From: a virus | Taxonomy: Duplodnaviria > Caudoviricetes | DNA length: 64,000 nucleotides | Virus record (IMG/VR): IMGVR_UViG_2756170199_000004 | Span: 6,382 to 70,381 of that record | Strand: one strand, 5' to 3' | Shown here: positions 19,740 to 29,632 of the stretch, piece after piece | How positions within the stretch are numbered: the stretch's first letter is position 1 | Layout of the letters: the number at the start of each line of letters is the position of its first letter | Position numbers and translations under genes: made by a program | The notes under the pieces: model-generated | What the model saw: only the letters and a program-made list of their open reading frames with translations | Databases searched by the model: none | Told to the model about the DNA's origin: nothing

Positions 19740-21506
19740 ATGCGACGGATGTTCCTTGGCCTTGAGGCCTACGATGAAAAGCCAACCGGCGGCACCGAGG
19801 ATGAAGACAAGCCTGCCGAAGGCGCCACGCCGCAGCCGGCGCCGGAAGCGGCAACGGGCGCCGAGGGCACGCAGGATGCGGGCGCAGAAGGTGCAGTAGG
19901 CACCGCCGCAGCCGGTAGCGCCGCAGCCGCAGGGAGCGAGTCAGCTACGCCGACTCCAGAAGCACCGGTGCCGGCCGCGCCAGCGGCTGCTGCTGAGCCG
20001 CCAACACCCACACCGGCCCCCGCCCCCGCGGCCACACCTGGTGTTGAGCCGGTAGCATCGCTGCCGGATACGCCCGTTACTGGCGGCGAGCCCACGGAGC
20101 CCGTGAGCCCGACTCCGGTTGGCGCAACGAATGCATCTGATGCGGCAACAGACGTGTCCGGCCTGCCTGCTCAACCCGAGGCAGAACCCGCGGCGGATGC
20201 CGAAGCACTCGAATCGCTGCGTGAAGAGCTCGCGCTTGCATGGGCGATGGAGGAAGCCGCGACGGAGTTTGGCGAAGCCGCAGAGACATCGGCTGAAATC
20301 GGGCAGGACCTGGATGAATCGGAGCGCAACATCCAGATCGCCGATTCGTTGAGCGATGTCGCGGTTGTTGCCGACAGCATCGAGAAGGCCACGCCGGCGG
20401 AAGCGGCGCTGATGGAAACCGCTGGGGACCTCGCCGTGGCCGGTACCGACGTTGAGCCGGAACAGGTTGTGCCCTCGATGGAATCGTATATCGGCAAATC
20501 GATTGCGACCGAGGGCATCAAGGAAACGGTCACGAAGATCCTCGAGGGGGTGCTGCAGTTCATCCAGCGGGTCTGGGAAAAAATCCGTACCTACTGGCGC
20601 GTGCACGCTTCGCTGCCACTGTGGCGCAAACGCGTCGTGGCGCTGATAAAGCGCGTGCAGACAGCGAGCGACGACGTCATCAGGGAAGACGTATCAGCTC
20701 CCCTCTCGCTTGCTGGTCTCGTGCTCGACGAGGAAGTGGCATCCGAGGTCACGCTCAACGGGATTGATACCAGTATCAAAAACATGGTCAAGACCGTGCA
20801 TGGCATCTTTTCCAATTACGCCAATGGCGTGGTTGAGCGTGGACACGATATCGTCAAGGCGCTGACCGATTTTGATCCGAACCGGCCAGAGAAGGCGGTC
20901 AATGAACTGAAGAACAAGCTCGCAGGCATGCATGCCGAAGGCATGGAGAACGGCAAATCGATCACCCTGCCCGGAAACTTCCAGCTCACGCTGGAGGTGT
21001 ATAAATCGCACCCGGAAGAAGATGTCGAATCGGCGCTTGAGCGACTGCGCAACTCTGGAGTCAAGCTGGTGAAAGGCCAGATCCATCCGGCTCACCACAT
21101 GGGAAAGGCGCGGGTCACGCTCAAGCTGGCGAGTGCCCAGGAATACAAGCGCTCGGCGCTTAACCTGCTCAGCCACGCCGACGAACTGCTCAAGTCGCTC
21201 GAGTATTTTTACGAGAAACCCTACCAGCAGCTGGAGGGGGTAGGCAAGCAGATCAGGAGCGCATCGGAGCAGGCAACCCGGGCAATCGGCAAGGCAGGCG
21301 AAGCCGCGATGGCCGAGGGGAAGACGGTGAGCCACTACCGGTCGCTCCTCAATTTCAACAAGGCTTTTGCGCAGTGGACGTATCAGCCCTTCGTGCCACT
21401 CTACTCGTATTCGTTGCGCACGCTGCGCTCCATGCTGGAGTTTGTGGAAGCCTACCTGAAGCCGCTTGGAAAAAAGGCAGAAGAACCTGAGCCCAAAGCT
21501 GCCTGA
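19740..21506 (+). CDS. Inner-body head protein, gp93-97 paralog family, with Pro/Ala-rich linker
   Basis: GLE-A, ALE-S, SME-S, ATE-G sites; propeptide core similar to the previous gene; start ATG 19740. Confidence 0.8.
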   Translation: MRRMFLGLEAYDEKPTGGTEDEDKPAEGATPQPAPEAATGAEGTQDAGAEGAVGTAAAGSAAAAGSESATPTPEAPVPAAPAAAAEPPTPTPAPAPAATPGVEPVASLPDTPVTGGEPTEPVSPTPVGATNASDAATDVSGLPAQPEAEPAADAEALESLREELALAWAMEEAATEFGEAAETSAEIGQDLDESERNIQIADSLSDVAVVADSIEKATPAEAALMETAGDLAVAGTDVEPEQVVPSMESYIGKSIATEGIKETVTKILEGVLQFIQRVWEKIRTYWRVHASLPLWRKRVVALIKRVQTASDDVIREDVSAPLSLAGLVLDEEVASEVTLNGIDTSIKNMVKTVHGIFSNYANGVVERGHDIVKALTDFDPNRPEKAVNELKNKLAGMHAEGMENGKSITLPGNFQLTLEVYKSHPEEDVESALERLRNSGVKLVKGQIHPAHHMGKARVTLKLASAQEYKRSALNLLSHADELLKSLEYFYEKPYQQLEGVGKQIRSASEQATRAIGKAGEAAMAEGKTVSHYRSLLNFNKAFAQWTYQPFVPLYSYSLRTLRSMLEFVEAYLKPLGKKAEEPEPKAA

Positions 21507-21611
21507 GTTCGTATCGATTCCGGGGAGAGCCTCGTGCTCTCCCCTTATGCCGCTGGCAGGTCGAGGGATTCTATGTACCGCTTGCGCGCGCGTGCGCGTT
21601 TCGTCGCGATC

Positions 21612-23192
21612 ATGCCCAAACTCATCCTGCCTGTTCCCGAGACGTACGACAGTGTCACCCGCCCCATCATCTACGACGTTACGCGTCAGCTTTTTACCTG
21701 GACCGGGCTGCCGGCCGACACGCCGATCCTTTATCCGTCAGCGCATGGCACCGTCCAGCAACCGGGCTCTGAACTGCTGCAGGAGCCGCTGAAAGCGGAA
21801 CTCGCCTTCAATGACCAGGTGAGCGTCGAGGTCGACGAGGTGGTCGAGCTCGATCGCATCCTGAGCACCGCTGTGCTCTACCCGGACAATCTCTTCGTTT
21901 TCCGCGACCCGCGGGTGGAAACCATTCTCAAACCCGTTTACTCGTCGACAGAGATCACCGTCAATTTCCGGTTCCGCTCGGTCGACGAGGTCAAGGCCAA
22001 ACGCTGGCGCGAGCAGATGCGTGTGCGTGTGTCGCAGCTGCGCGACGTGATGCTCATCAATATCCGCTATGCGTACCAGATTCCGCCGGCTGCGCTGATT
22101 GTGCTCAGGGAAATTCACCGGCTGATGGAAAACGTCGCCGGCTATGGCGACACCTTCGCGCAGTGGTTCAGTGGCCATGTGACGCCCGCGGCCACCGTCG
22201 AGTCGAACCTTTCTGGCGAGCAGATGCAGGTAGCGTTCACCGAGCACCAGATGCGCATCGTTGGCATGTGGGATTTCGAGGGCGCGCCCGAAGCCGGCTC
22301 GAAAGAGGATGAGGGCGACACATGGACGATTGGCGTCGTGTTCAAGTTCAGGTACGACAAGCCGGTGTCGGTCGTGCTCGACTATCCGCAGATGATCCAT
22401 AACCAGGTGATCCGCCTGCGTGACGATACCCCGCCCTTCAATCCCGACCAGGTTCGCAAGCATTACTCGCTCTCGGCGTTCTACTTCGAGCACTTCAACA
22501 AGTCCCGAGCGCTCGAAGGCATGCTCAAGGGTCCCGAGATCGTCGGTAATGAGGGACTGCGTTTTCCGCCGTGGGACGAGTTTTTGCCGAAGTCCACTGC
22601 CCCCTGGTATATCCGCATCTTCAGCGCGATGATTGCGCTCGATCTTGCCTGTACGCACGACGACAGTCACGCCGGCGAGCGCGCGAGCCGTTGCCTGATG
22701 GCGCTTGACCGGCTGCCAGAGGGCTACACCATGACGGACCGGATGCGCGCCTTCGTCGTCGGTGAAGCGCCGTACATGACGAAGCTCTTCTATTCGGTGT
22801 TTTCCTGCAACCTGTACCTGTCGAACGATATCCAGCCAGACGGCTCGATTACTGTCGGCGATGATCTGCGGGTCACGACGACGTTCGACCCGAATCCACG
22901 GGCACGGTTTCATGTCTGGTTCGGGCTTTGCTACAACTGGCGCTTCCTGAATCCGGCCGCGATCGCGCGGCTCATGGCGAACTTTGACGTCCTGCAACAG
23001 ATCGTGAACGGCTTGTGGCCGGATCTGCCTGCATGCTGTCAGCCCGGTGCAATCGGCAACAGCAACCAGACTTCGAGCGCCTCGATGGCATGTCTCATGA
23101 ACGGTGGCGCTGGGGCTGCAAACGGCATGCTCGATACCGGTCTGAAGACCGTCGAGACCTTCTATGTGCAGTCGATCGATGTGGATCTGTGA
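21612..23192 (+). CDS. Conserved virion structural protein (gp98-like)
   Basis: MPKLILPVPETYDSVTRP, FKFRYDKP, YPQMIHNQ; synteny. Confidence 0.7.
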   Translation: MPKLILPVPETYDSVTRPIIYDVTRQLFTWTGLPADTPILYPSAHGTVQQPGSELLQEPLKAELAFNDQVSVEVDEVVELDRILSTAVLYPDNLFVFRDPRVETILKPVYSSTEITVNFRFRSVDEVKAKRWREQMRVRVSQLRDVMLINIRYAYQIPPAALIVLREIHRLMENVAGYGDTFAQWFSGHVTPAATVESNLSGEQMQVAFTEHQMRIVGMWDFEGAPEAGSKEDEGDTWTIGVVFKFRYDKPVSVVLDYPQMIHNQVIRLRDDTPPFNPDQVRKHYSLSAFYFEHFNKSRALEGMLKGPEIVGNEGLRFPPWDEFLPKSTAPWYIRIFSAMIALDLACTHDDSHAGERASRCLMALDRLPEGYTMTDRMRAFVVGEAPYMTKLFYSVFSCNLYLSNDIQPDGSITVGDDLRVTTTFDPNPRARFHVWFGLCYNWRFLNPAAIARLMANFDVLQQIVNGLWPDLPACCQPGAIGNSNQTSSASMACLMNGGAGAANGMLDTGLKTVETFYVQSIDVDL

Positions 23193-23209
23193 GAACCCCG
23201 GGAGGTCAT

Positions 23210-24598
23210 ATGCCGATCGTCGACGACGGGCAGGACCGCGCTGGCCTGCCTGCACATCCACACCCGCACCCTCCGTTGCAAGCCCGCCCTGACCCGATCC
23301 ACATCACCGATCCGGCGTACCGCGGCATTGCCGTCGACAACCGCTACATTCCGGCCACGGACCTGTTGACGCACGTGGAGGGCAGTAGCTGGATCGTGGA
23401 GTATTACAGTCAGGTGCTCGATCGCGATACCACGATTCTTGGGGCATCGCTGCATAAACCTCCGCAGTTCCTGCAGTACCGGCGCGTCCGGCAGATGGAG
23501 CTGAAGGTGACGCAGCCGCTCGCAGCGACCCAGGAGCCGAACACAAAGAAGATGGGCTACAAGGGCGGCGCAAACCTGTACCCGGTGCTCATCCCGAATC
23601 AGGGCGATGTCTTTGTTGCGCAGGTCGACGATGGGCGCTTTGGTGTCTTCAATGTCACATCCACCGAGCGTCGCAGCTTCTACAAGGATAGCGTCTACGC
23701 GCTCGAGTACGAGATGCTCGACTATGCGACTCCCGAGCGCCTGCACGATCTGGAGGTCAAGACGATCGCACGGCTTGAGTACGTGCGTGATTACCTGCAG
23801 GCCGGCCAGAATCCGCTCGTCGAGGATGTGCTGTGGCAGAAGATCGTCAGGCTGCACCGGCGCTTTGATTCGATGCTGGCTGCCTGGACGAAGCAGTTCA
23901 TGAGCGAGGAGTTCATGACGGTGCTGGTGCCAGCGCAGCCCTGGCCGACCTATGACGCGTGGCTTGTGCGCGCGCTCACCGAGCTCTTCGAGACGACGGC
24001 CACGCCGGAGCTGCTCGCGATGCGACAACTCAACTGTGACGACGATCCGTCGATGGCCTGTGTGCAGCTGTGGAACGTGCTGGTGAAGAAGGATCCGGAA
24101 CTGCTGAAGTTCGCGAATCCGCGCGCCGGGCTCGTGTGGACCACGCGTTTCACGCGCAACCCGATGTTCAACGGCATCCGCTGGAGCGGCATCCGTCTGG
24201 TGGTGTATCCCGTTGATGTCGAGATGACAGTCGACCAGGCATTCGTGGAGATGGTGCCGCTCACCGACAGCGAGCTCGAAGAAACCCCGGCGCGCCCGGG
24301 CAGGCTCGAGGATCTGATCGGCACCGATGTGCTCGCCGGACTGCCCTACGAAGGTGCGCCGCTCGTTCATCCGGTCCTGTGCGATGACTGCTATGTCCTC
24401 TCGCGCCGCTTCTACGAAAACGCCGAGGGACAGTCGAGGCTCGAGCTGATGGTGCGTGATTACCTTTACGCACGCGCAATCGATCTGGACCTGCTCGACG
24501 CGTTCTGCGAAACGTGGCATGGCTGGGGTGGACTTGAGCGCTTTTACTACACACCCATCGTGCTCATGCTGATCCGGGCGGCGATCCGGCGCGTGTAG
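23210..24598 (+). CDS. Virion/baseplate-neck protein (gp99-like)
   Basis: GGAGG RBS; LLTHVEGSSWIVEYYSQVL, PNQGDVFVAQVDDGRFGVF, LERFYYTP. Confidence 0.75.
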   Translation: MPIVDDGQDRAGLPAHPHPHPPLQARPDPIHITDPAYRGIAVDNRYIPATDLLTHVEGSSWIVEYYSQVLDRDTTILGASLHKPPQFLQYRRVRQMELKVTQPLAATQEPNTKKMGYKGGANLYPVLIPNQGDVFVAQVDDGRFGVFNVTSTERRSFYKDSVYALEYEMLDYATPERLHDLEVKTIARLEYVRDYLQAGQNPLVEDVLWQKIVRLHRRFDSMLAAWTKQFMSEEFMTVLVPAQPWPTYDAWLVRALTELFETTATPELLAMRQLNCDDDPSMACVQLWNVLVKKDPELLKFANPRAGLVWTTRFTRNPMFNGIRWSGIRLVVYPVDVEMTVDQAFVEMVPLTDSELEETPARPGRLEDLIGTDVLAGLPYEGAPLVHPVLCDDCYVLSRRFYENAEGQSRLELMVRDYLYARAIDLDLLDAFCETWHGWGGLERFYYTPIVLMLIRAAIRRV

Positions 24599-24642
24599 CC
24601 GGTGCTTCAGCGTGAACAGGCGGCCTTATCGTGGAGGTCGAG

Positions 24643-25341
24643 ATGAAACAGTATGTCCCGCGCGCGGTGCCGGCTCGCATGCCGGCGCCACGGACCAGCC
24701 AGTATCCGGCTTCCAGCAGCTGGATACCGCCCGCGCAGCGCGATACTGCCTGGTGGATTTTCTTTCGCCTCTTTCGTTGCCGGCTCAAGCGGATCCTGAC
24801 CATTCCGATTGAGGAGATGCAGGAAGTCGGCACCCCCACTTCTTTCGATCCCGATGTCGACCGGCAGATGCAGAACGAGCGTGTAGAACGCATGCTCCCG
24901 ATCGCGCGGATGGCCGATTACTGGGACCAGGGCATATCGATCGGGCTCGTGAACCCCAAAGACGCGAAGGAGATCTACGAGCACCTGAGCAATCACCTCT
25001 ACGCCTGGAAGGACAAGCTCGAGAACGAGCTTTGCACGCGAAACGCGCCGCTCGAGGACCTGGCGAAACTCGACGCCTTTGCAAACGTCGTCTATGCGCA
25101 GGCACGATACCAGTTCCCGCGTGACTATCAGGATTCCCGTTTCACGCGCAAGGCGCGCAGCCTCTTTTCACTGTCGGGGGCGAGTCTGGTGAGGCCGCTC
25201 GAGCCCGAGGTCACGACCATCCATGCACTGGACGAAGAGAACGATCCTCGCGTACAGCGCGCAGGGTTCGCGGAGGTCTTCGTGCGCGCTCGCCCGTTCG
25301 TGGATCCTGCTGGCCGCGTGCCGCGCTGGAATCAGCGGTGA
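24643..25341 (+). CDS. Conserved phiKZ-like protein (gp100-like)
   Basis: GGAGG RBS before ATG 24643; DAKEIYEHL...APLEDLAKLDAFA. Confidence 0.65.
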   Translation: MKQYVPRAVPARMPAPRTSQYPASSSWIPPAQRDTAWWIFFRLFRCRLKRILTIPIEEMQEVGTPTSFDPDVDRQMQNERVERMLPIARMADYWDQGISIGLVNPKDAKEIYEHLSNHLYAWKDKLENELCTRNAPLEDLAKLDAFANVVYAQARYQFPRDYQDSRFTRKARSLFSLSGASLVRPLEPEVTTIHALDEENDPRVQRAGFAEVFVRARPFVDPAGRVPRWNQR

Positions 25342-25363
25342 GCGGTGAACGGAGGTAACGGAT

Positions 25364-26743
25364 GTGGAATTCGAACAATCCGCGTTGATGATCGATGTGG
25401 ACCAGATCATCAACGGTGGCGCCAATCCGGTGCACTTCACGGTGGGCGCAAGCATACTCGTGACCACGACGAACACTCTCGTCACTCCGCTTAAGGTGAC
25501 AGGCGTGGACCTGAGGCGGGATTACCTGAACCGGTATTCCGACGAACTCATCATCACCACCGAAATCCTCGCTGGCCAGTTCAGCAACCTTATCTATCCC
25601 TGCAAGAACGCGATCGACATCACGCTCACGCGTACGCCACTCATGGAAGTGGGCGACACGCCTGACGCCAGTAGCACGGTCCAGTCCGAGCGCTTTACGG
25701 CGACCCTCATTGATGAAGGTTCGCCCCTCGTCGAACAGAACGTGCCCTTTGCGGCGACGCAGCCGAACCTCGACCTGGCAGGCCCCATCACCGTGCAGTT
25801 CCAACTCGTGAACAAGGCGCTCGAGCAGATGAGGATGATGGATGTGGGCCAGGTATTTCGCGGCTGCACGGTTGACGACGCGATACGCACAACACTCACC
25901 AGCGCTTCGCAGACCACCACGGTGGATGGGCAGCGCACGGTCCAGGGCGTGACCATGATCCCGTCGGCCAACCCGGCGGTTCGCGAGCACATCGTGATCC
26001 CGCATGGCGTTCGACTCGTGGATGTGCCCCAGCATATCCAGAAGCACTGCGGTGGTGTCTACAACGCCGGCATGGGCTACTTCCTTCAGGGCAACCAGTG
26101 GTACGTGTACCCGGCGCTCGACACGACACGTTTTAACAGCGCCCCGGCGACACTGACTGTCATCAACGTGCCAGCGAACAAGTTTCCACAGGTCGAGCGC
26201 ACGTACCGGCAGTCTGGCACGAACCTGATGGTGATGGCCACCGGCAGCGTGAAGTTCCGGGACCCGAGCAATCACGCACAGCTGAATCTTGGCAACGGTG
26301 TGCGGTTTTCGGATGCCTCGAAGTTCATGGACGGCTTTGTCACGGTCTCGGAGAACCGGGCGCTGGCCTCCCGTGGCAGCACCAACAACGAGTTCATCGG
26401 CACGTCGCGCCCCGGTGGCAACAACAATGTGCATGTTTCAGGCAATCCGGTGAATGCGAATGCGCTCGAAGAGTACTCCAGGCTTGCCCGTGCGATGGGT
26501 GCTTCAGTCACGCTGGAATGGGAGAACTCGAACCCCGATCTGATTGTGCCAGCGATGCCGGCACAGGTGCTCTTCCTGCAGAACGAGCAAATCGCGACGC
26601 TCACCGGTGTGGTGATCGGTGTGCAGCACTATACGCAGATGCGCGGTCAGGGCGTCAGTGCCTCGCGCTATGTCACAACCACACACCTGAACATCTTCCT
26701 GCAGCCGCAGGACCAGGCCGGACAGACTTCCGGCACACCGTAG
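25364..26743 (+). CDS. Baseplate hub-like virion protein (gp101-like)
   Basis: GGAGG RBS + GTG; RDYLNRYSD, GVYNAGMGYF, WYVYPALD, WENSNPDLIVPAMP. Confidence 0.7.
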   Translation: MEFEQSALMIDVDQIINGGANPVHFTVGASILVTTTNTLVTPLKVTGVDLRRDYLNRYSDELIITTEILAGQFSNLIYPCKNAIDITLTRTPLMEVGDTPDASSTVQSERFTATLIDEGSPLVEQNVPFAATQPNLDLAGPITVQFQLVNKALEQMRMMDVGQVFRGCTVDDAIRTTLTSASQTTTVDGQRTVQGVTMIPSANPAVREHIVIPHGVRLVDVPQHIQKHCGGVYNAGMGYFLQGNQWYVYPALDTTRFNSAPATLTVINVPANKFPQVERTYRQSGTNLMVMATGSVKFRDPSNHAQLNLGNGVRFSDASKFMDGFVTVSENRALASRGSTNNEFIGTSRPGGNNNVHVSGNPVNANALEEYSRLARAMGASVTLEWENSNPDLIVPAMPAQVLFLQNEQIATLTGVVIGVQHYTQMRGQGVSASRYVTTTHLNIFLQPQDQAGQTSGTP

Positions 26744-26752
26744 GAGCGCATC

Positions 26753-27220
26753 ATGAGCGCAACTGCCGGGCTGGTGCTGGATTTCACTCTTCCTGCGAAA
26801 GAGATCCTCCTCAGCCAGATCAACCACGACAACGGCACGGCGATCACACCGGAGCAGATCCGCTTCGGCCATGTGGGCGCCCTGCCCGCTACGGACCCGA
26901 GCGGTCACAACACCACGGTCTACGTAATGACGGCGCAGGGCGCGCAGTTCGAGGGTTCGGGCTATTTCAACTACGACCGCATTGATATCAGCGCGGTACC
27001 GGGCGAGCGATCCACGCTTTTCGTCCTTGCCGGCCAGACGCGGCTCTCGAACCTTCTACCTGACATCAATGCGCGTCTGTCGCTGAACCTCACACGCGCC
27101 GATATCGTTGACGCACGCCTGCCACCGGTTGAGGCCGGCCAGTCCTGCCCGGCAAATCTTGTCATGGCCGCGCACGCCCTGCTGTGGACAGGTTCTCTCG
27201 CGCTCACGCTTTCGCGGTGA
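26753..27220 (+). CDS. Small tail-associated virion protein of phiKZ-like phages
   Basis: LLSQINHDNG...HNTTVYV...FNYDRIDIS...LLWTGSL; GGAG RBS. Confidence 0.6.
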   Translation: MSATAGLVLDFTLPAKEILLSQINHDNGTAITPEQIRFGHVGALPATDPSGHNTTVYVMTAQGAQFEGSGYFNYDRIDISAVPGERSTLFVLAGQTRLSNLLPDINARLSLNLTRADIVDARLPPVEAGQSCPANLVMAAHALLWTGSLALTLSR

Positions 27221-27275
27221 TCCAGCGCTGTTCTGACGCATATGCTCGTCGATCGATATTGCCGCGTACGGTGGC

Positions 27276-27818
27276 ATGAAGGATGTCCTCCATGCCTTTT
27301 TGCCGCAGTTGAAGGAATGGGAGTCTCCGGAAATGAATATTGATCCGACGCTGAACACGATAGAAAACCTCCTCGCTTACGTGACGAATCCGGCGCTGGG
27401 GCAGCCAACGAACCCGGACCAGATTGGAGTCACCGAGCCGGTCCCCTGGGACCCGGTTTCACTGGGCTTCTTTCTGGGCCCGGGCTTGAACCTCGATGGT
27501 GACAGCAGCAATACCCAGGTCATTGTCTATCTGCGCCCATCGCTCGAGGATGTGGCCGCGGATGGCGTGAACCAGGTGCTGATCTACGAACGGGCCGCGC
27601 TTTCCGATGTCGCGAATGCAAACGCGGTTGCGGATGTGAGCGCGCAGATGTCGCAGGCTGACCTGCTTGACGTGATCGCGCTCGCGCTCGGCGTGGTACC
27701 GGATGCGATCACCTTCGTTACACCGCCAGACGGGCAGCCGGACTCCATCGAGGTGGATGCCGTTGATTCTGCTCTTTATCTGCCGGGTGCGGTATCGGTG
27801 ACGCTGAACTGGTCCTGA
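27276..27818 (+). CDS. Small tail-associated virion protein, probable paralog of the previous gene
   Basis: SNTQVIVYL...LIYERAALSD...DSALYLPGAVSVTL. Confidence 0.55.
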   Translation: MKDVLHAFLPQLKEWESPEMNIDPTLNTIENLLAYVTNPALGQPTNPDQIGVTEPVPWDPVSLGFFLGPGLNLDGDSSNTQVIVYLRPSLEDVAADGVNQVLIYERAALSDVANANAVADVSAQMSQADLLDVIALALGVVPDAITFVTPPDGQPDSIEVDAVDSALYLPGAVSVTLNWS

Positions 27819-27867
27819 CTGCTGTGCGCTGTAGCAGGATCGACTGTACAGGCGATTCCAGATTTTT

Positions 27868-27891
27868 TCAGACCTATATCCCGTGCGTGAA
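27868..27891 (+). promoter_or_regulatory. Putative phage early (virion-RNAP) promoter, copy 1
   Basis: TCAGACCTATAT-N7-GTGAA with T-rich upstream. Confidence 0.7.
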
Positions 27892-27948
27892 TCCAGACCA
27901 GTAATGGCGGGATTTAATCAACCACATTGATAGATACAGGAACTGAAA

Positions 27949-28065
27949 ATGAACTTCTGGAACAAGGCAGGTCTGGTGGCGAAGGTGATTGCATGTGCAG
28001 CCGTTGCAGGCGCCGCGAGTGTGATGTGCGAAAGGTACATCAACCAACTCATCAACGGAAAGTGA
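27949..28065 (+). CDS. 38-aa hydrophobic microprotein
   Basis: MNFWNKAGLVAKVIACAAVAGAASVMCERYINQLINGK; AGGA RBS; not in the supplied ORF track. Confidence 0.6.
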   Translation: MNFWNKAGLVAKVIACAAVAGAASVMCERYINQLINGK

Positions 28066-28074
28066 GGCGTCGCG

Positions 28075-28254
28075 ATGGAATTTCTCGGATCGTTTAGCCG
28101 CGCAGCGGGTGTTGTTCTCGGCGTGTACGTGGGCGTGAAAGTTGTCATCGAAATTGAATCGCATCTTTCGGAAAGACGCAAGGAAAAGGAGGCGCAAAAC
28201 AAGGCGCAGGGACAGGGGCCGCAACAGTCTTCGCCGCAGGCAGCTGCCGCATGA
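28075..28254 (+). CDS. 59-aa glycine-zipper membrane microprotein
   Basis: MEFLGSFSRAAGVVLGVYVGVKVVIEIESHL...; GAGG RBS; resembles 46183..46293. Confidence 0.65.
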   Translation: MEFLGSFSRAAGVVLGVYVGVKVVIEIESHLSERRKEKEAQNKAQGQGPQQSSPQAAAA

Positions 28255-28400
28255 AAGCCCGGACCCGCAACGAAGTTGGCTTACGTGATGACACAGCGCA
28301 GAAGAAGCGAAGAATGAAGAAGACGGGCGTGTTGTCCGGTGTCCTTGTCGCACTGCTGTTTGTATATGCGATCGTTGGCCTCTACAGACGAGGCCGGTAG
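28251..28400 (+). CDS. 49-aa single-TM microprotein
   Basis: ATGA overlap with the previous stop; basic N-terminus then TGVLSGVLVALLFVYAIVGLY; alternative start 28314. Confidence 0.55.
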   Translation: MKARTRNEVGLRDDTAQKKRRMKKTGVLSGVLVALLFVYAIVGLYRRGR

Positions 28401-28596
28401 GTAGCGCGGTTGCTGGTAGAAAAAGTACCGCGCTGCGTCACCCTATGCGTGAGGCAGGTGTGACGGTGAACAGTGCCTACACCGCTGGCAAACCGGGAGC
28501 GAGCGGCGTAGTGCACAGGTTCTGCATCCGGTTCCCGGACAGTCGTTCGGGAACCCTTCGAAACCGTCGCGTGCTTCACGACGGTTTTTCTTTTTT
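28401..28596 (+). ncRNA. Candidate structured RNA or structured 3' UTR ending in an intrinsic terminator
   Basis: Series of stems: 28401-28436, 28468-28522, 28530-28555, 28561-28587 plus U-tract. Confidence 0.3.
28560..28596 (+). terminator. Rho-independent terminator
   Basis: AAACCGTCG...CGACGGTTT followed by TTCTTTTTT. Confidence 0.75.
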
Positions 28597-28619
28597 GCCG
28601 GTAGGGAATCAAAGTAACT

Positions 28620-28643
28620 TCGGTCCTATATCACTCCGGTGGA
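28620..28643 (+). promoter_or_regulatory. Putative phage early promoter, copy 2
   Basis: TCGGTCCTATAT-N7-GTGGA. Confidence 0.7.
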
Positions 28644-28722
28644 GCACAGGTTGTTGACCTGAATTGACTCCCTGTCATGAGACACGCACTGAAACGAAAA
28701 TTTCTGTTTAAGGAGTACGAAG

Positions 28723-29094
28723 ATGAATGCCACGATCACGAATACCATTGTTCTCGACGGCCTCAAGAATCAGGTACGTCGCGCGTTTGAAACGGGCAAG
28801 TTCATGACAGATGGACGTGCATTGCCGAGTGTGGATTTTGGGCGACCAATTGCTGTTGAAGTAACTGCGGTTGATACGATCGGCCTCTATCCCACGCTCG
28901 TGTGCGAGGACGATCAGGTTGTGGCGCACGGCAGGCAGTTCGAGCGACAGATGCATCTGAAGATGGTACCTGACTGTGCACACCAGGACGCCATCATGAA
29001 ACTCGTTTCAACTCATGGTGTGCTTGCTGGCGAGTTCGATCACGTGAGGAACATACGTGTCTGTCTGAAAGGCTATAGCGTTCTGAACGCGTAG
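28723..29094 (+). CDS. Hypothetical early protein
   Basis: TAAGGAG RBS, own promoter and terminator. Confidence 0.7.
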   Translation: MNATITNTIVLDGLKNQVRRAFETGKFMTDGRALPSVDFGRPIAVEVTAVDTIGLYPTLVCEDDQVVAHGRQFERQMHLKMVPDCAHQDAIMKLVSTHGVLAGEFDHVRNIRVCLKGYSVLNA

Positions 29095-29111
29095 CATTCA
29101 CGGTCCGTCGG

Positions 29112-29145
29112 GAGGGCACCTGGTAATCAGGTGCCCTCTTTTTTT
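29112..29145 (+). terminator. Rho-independent terminator
   Basis: GAGGGCACCTG-GTAAT-CAGGTGCCCTC-T7. Confidence 0.85.
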
Positions 29146-29262
29146 CGACTGCCCAGATCATGCCTTTCATCCTGTGAGTCTCGTCGCGGCATAGCCGGCT
29201 TTCTCCGTGGTGGCATGATGGTCGCGCCTCGCTGCAGTGCGGTTGTTCTGGGGAGCATGCCG

Positions 29263-29523
29263 ATGAAAAAATCCAATGTAGTCTGGGTGCTGGTGTCGTG
29301 CGTTCTGTGTTTCGCCATTGGCTGGATGCTTCCCTCGCCTCTTGCTGACGCGGTGCGCTACGCGTCGGGGGCCAGCGATAAGGCGGTGATCCGGGCGCTG
29401 GAAGTCTACGTCGACGAAGAGACTGGATGTGAATATGTCGGGAGGGAGAAAGGTACGCTCATGCCGCGCGTAGGAACAGACGGAAAGCAGGTCTGCAAAC
29501 CGGGAGTGCTGGCGACGCCGTGA
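29263..29523 (+). CDS. Small membrane-anchored protein (DUF6440-like)
   Basis: N-terminal TM, then VYVDEETGCEYV...LMPRVGTDGKQVC. Confidence 0.6.
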   Translation: MKKSNVVWVLVSCVLCFAIGWMLPSPLADAVRYASGASDKAVIRALEVYVDEETGCEYVGREKGTLMPRVGTDGKQVCKPGVLATP

Positions 29524-29632
29524 GCGGATGAATTGTGTTCCCAGGGGCGAAACGGCTCGCAGGAATGTGGGTTCTTTTTCTTTTTGGGCTTCCAATTTTA
29601 TGGCTTTGTCCATCAGATGAGGAACCCCTGTC

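Noticed and set aside
28486-28510. GGCAAACC resembling the c-di-GMP-I riboswitch core
   Set aside because: The following GAAA tetraloop and GGGACGCAAAGCC elements are missing
28445-28657. 70-aa ORF across the structured region
   Set aside because: Weak RBS; it runs through an intrinsic terminator and the next promoter
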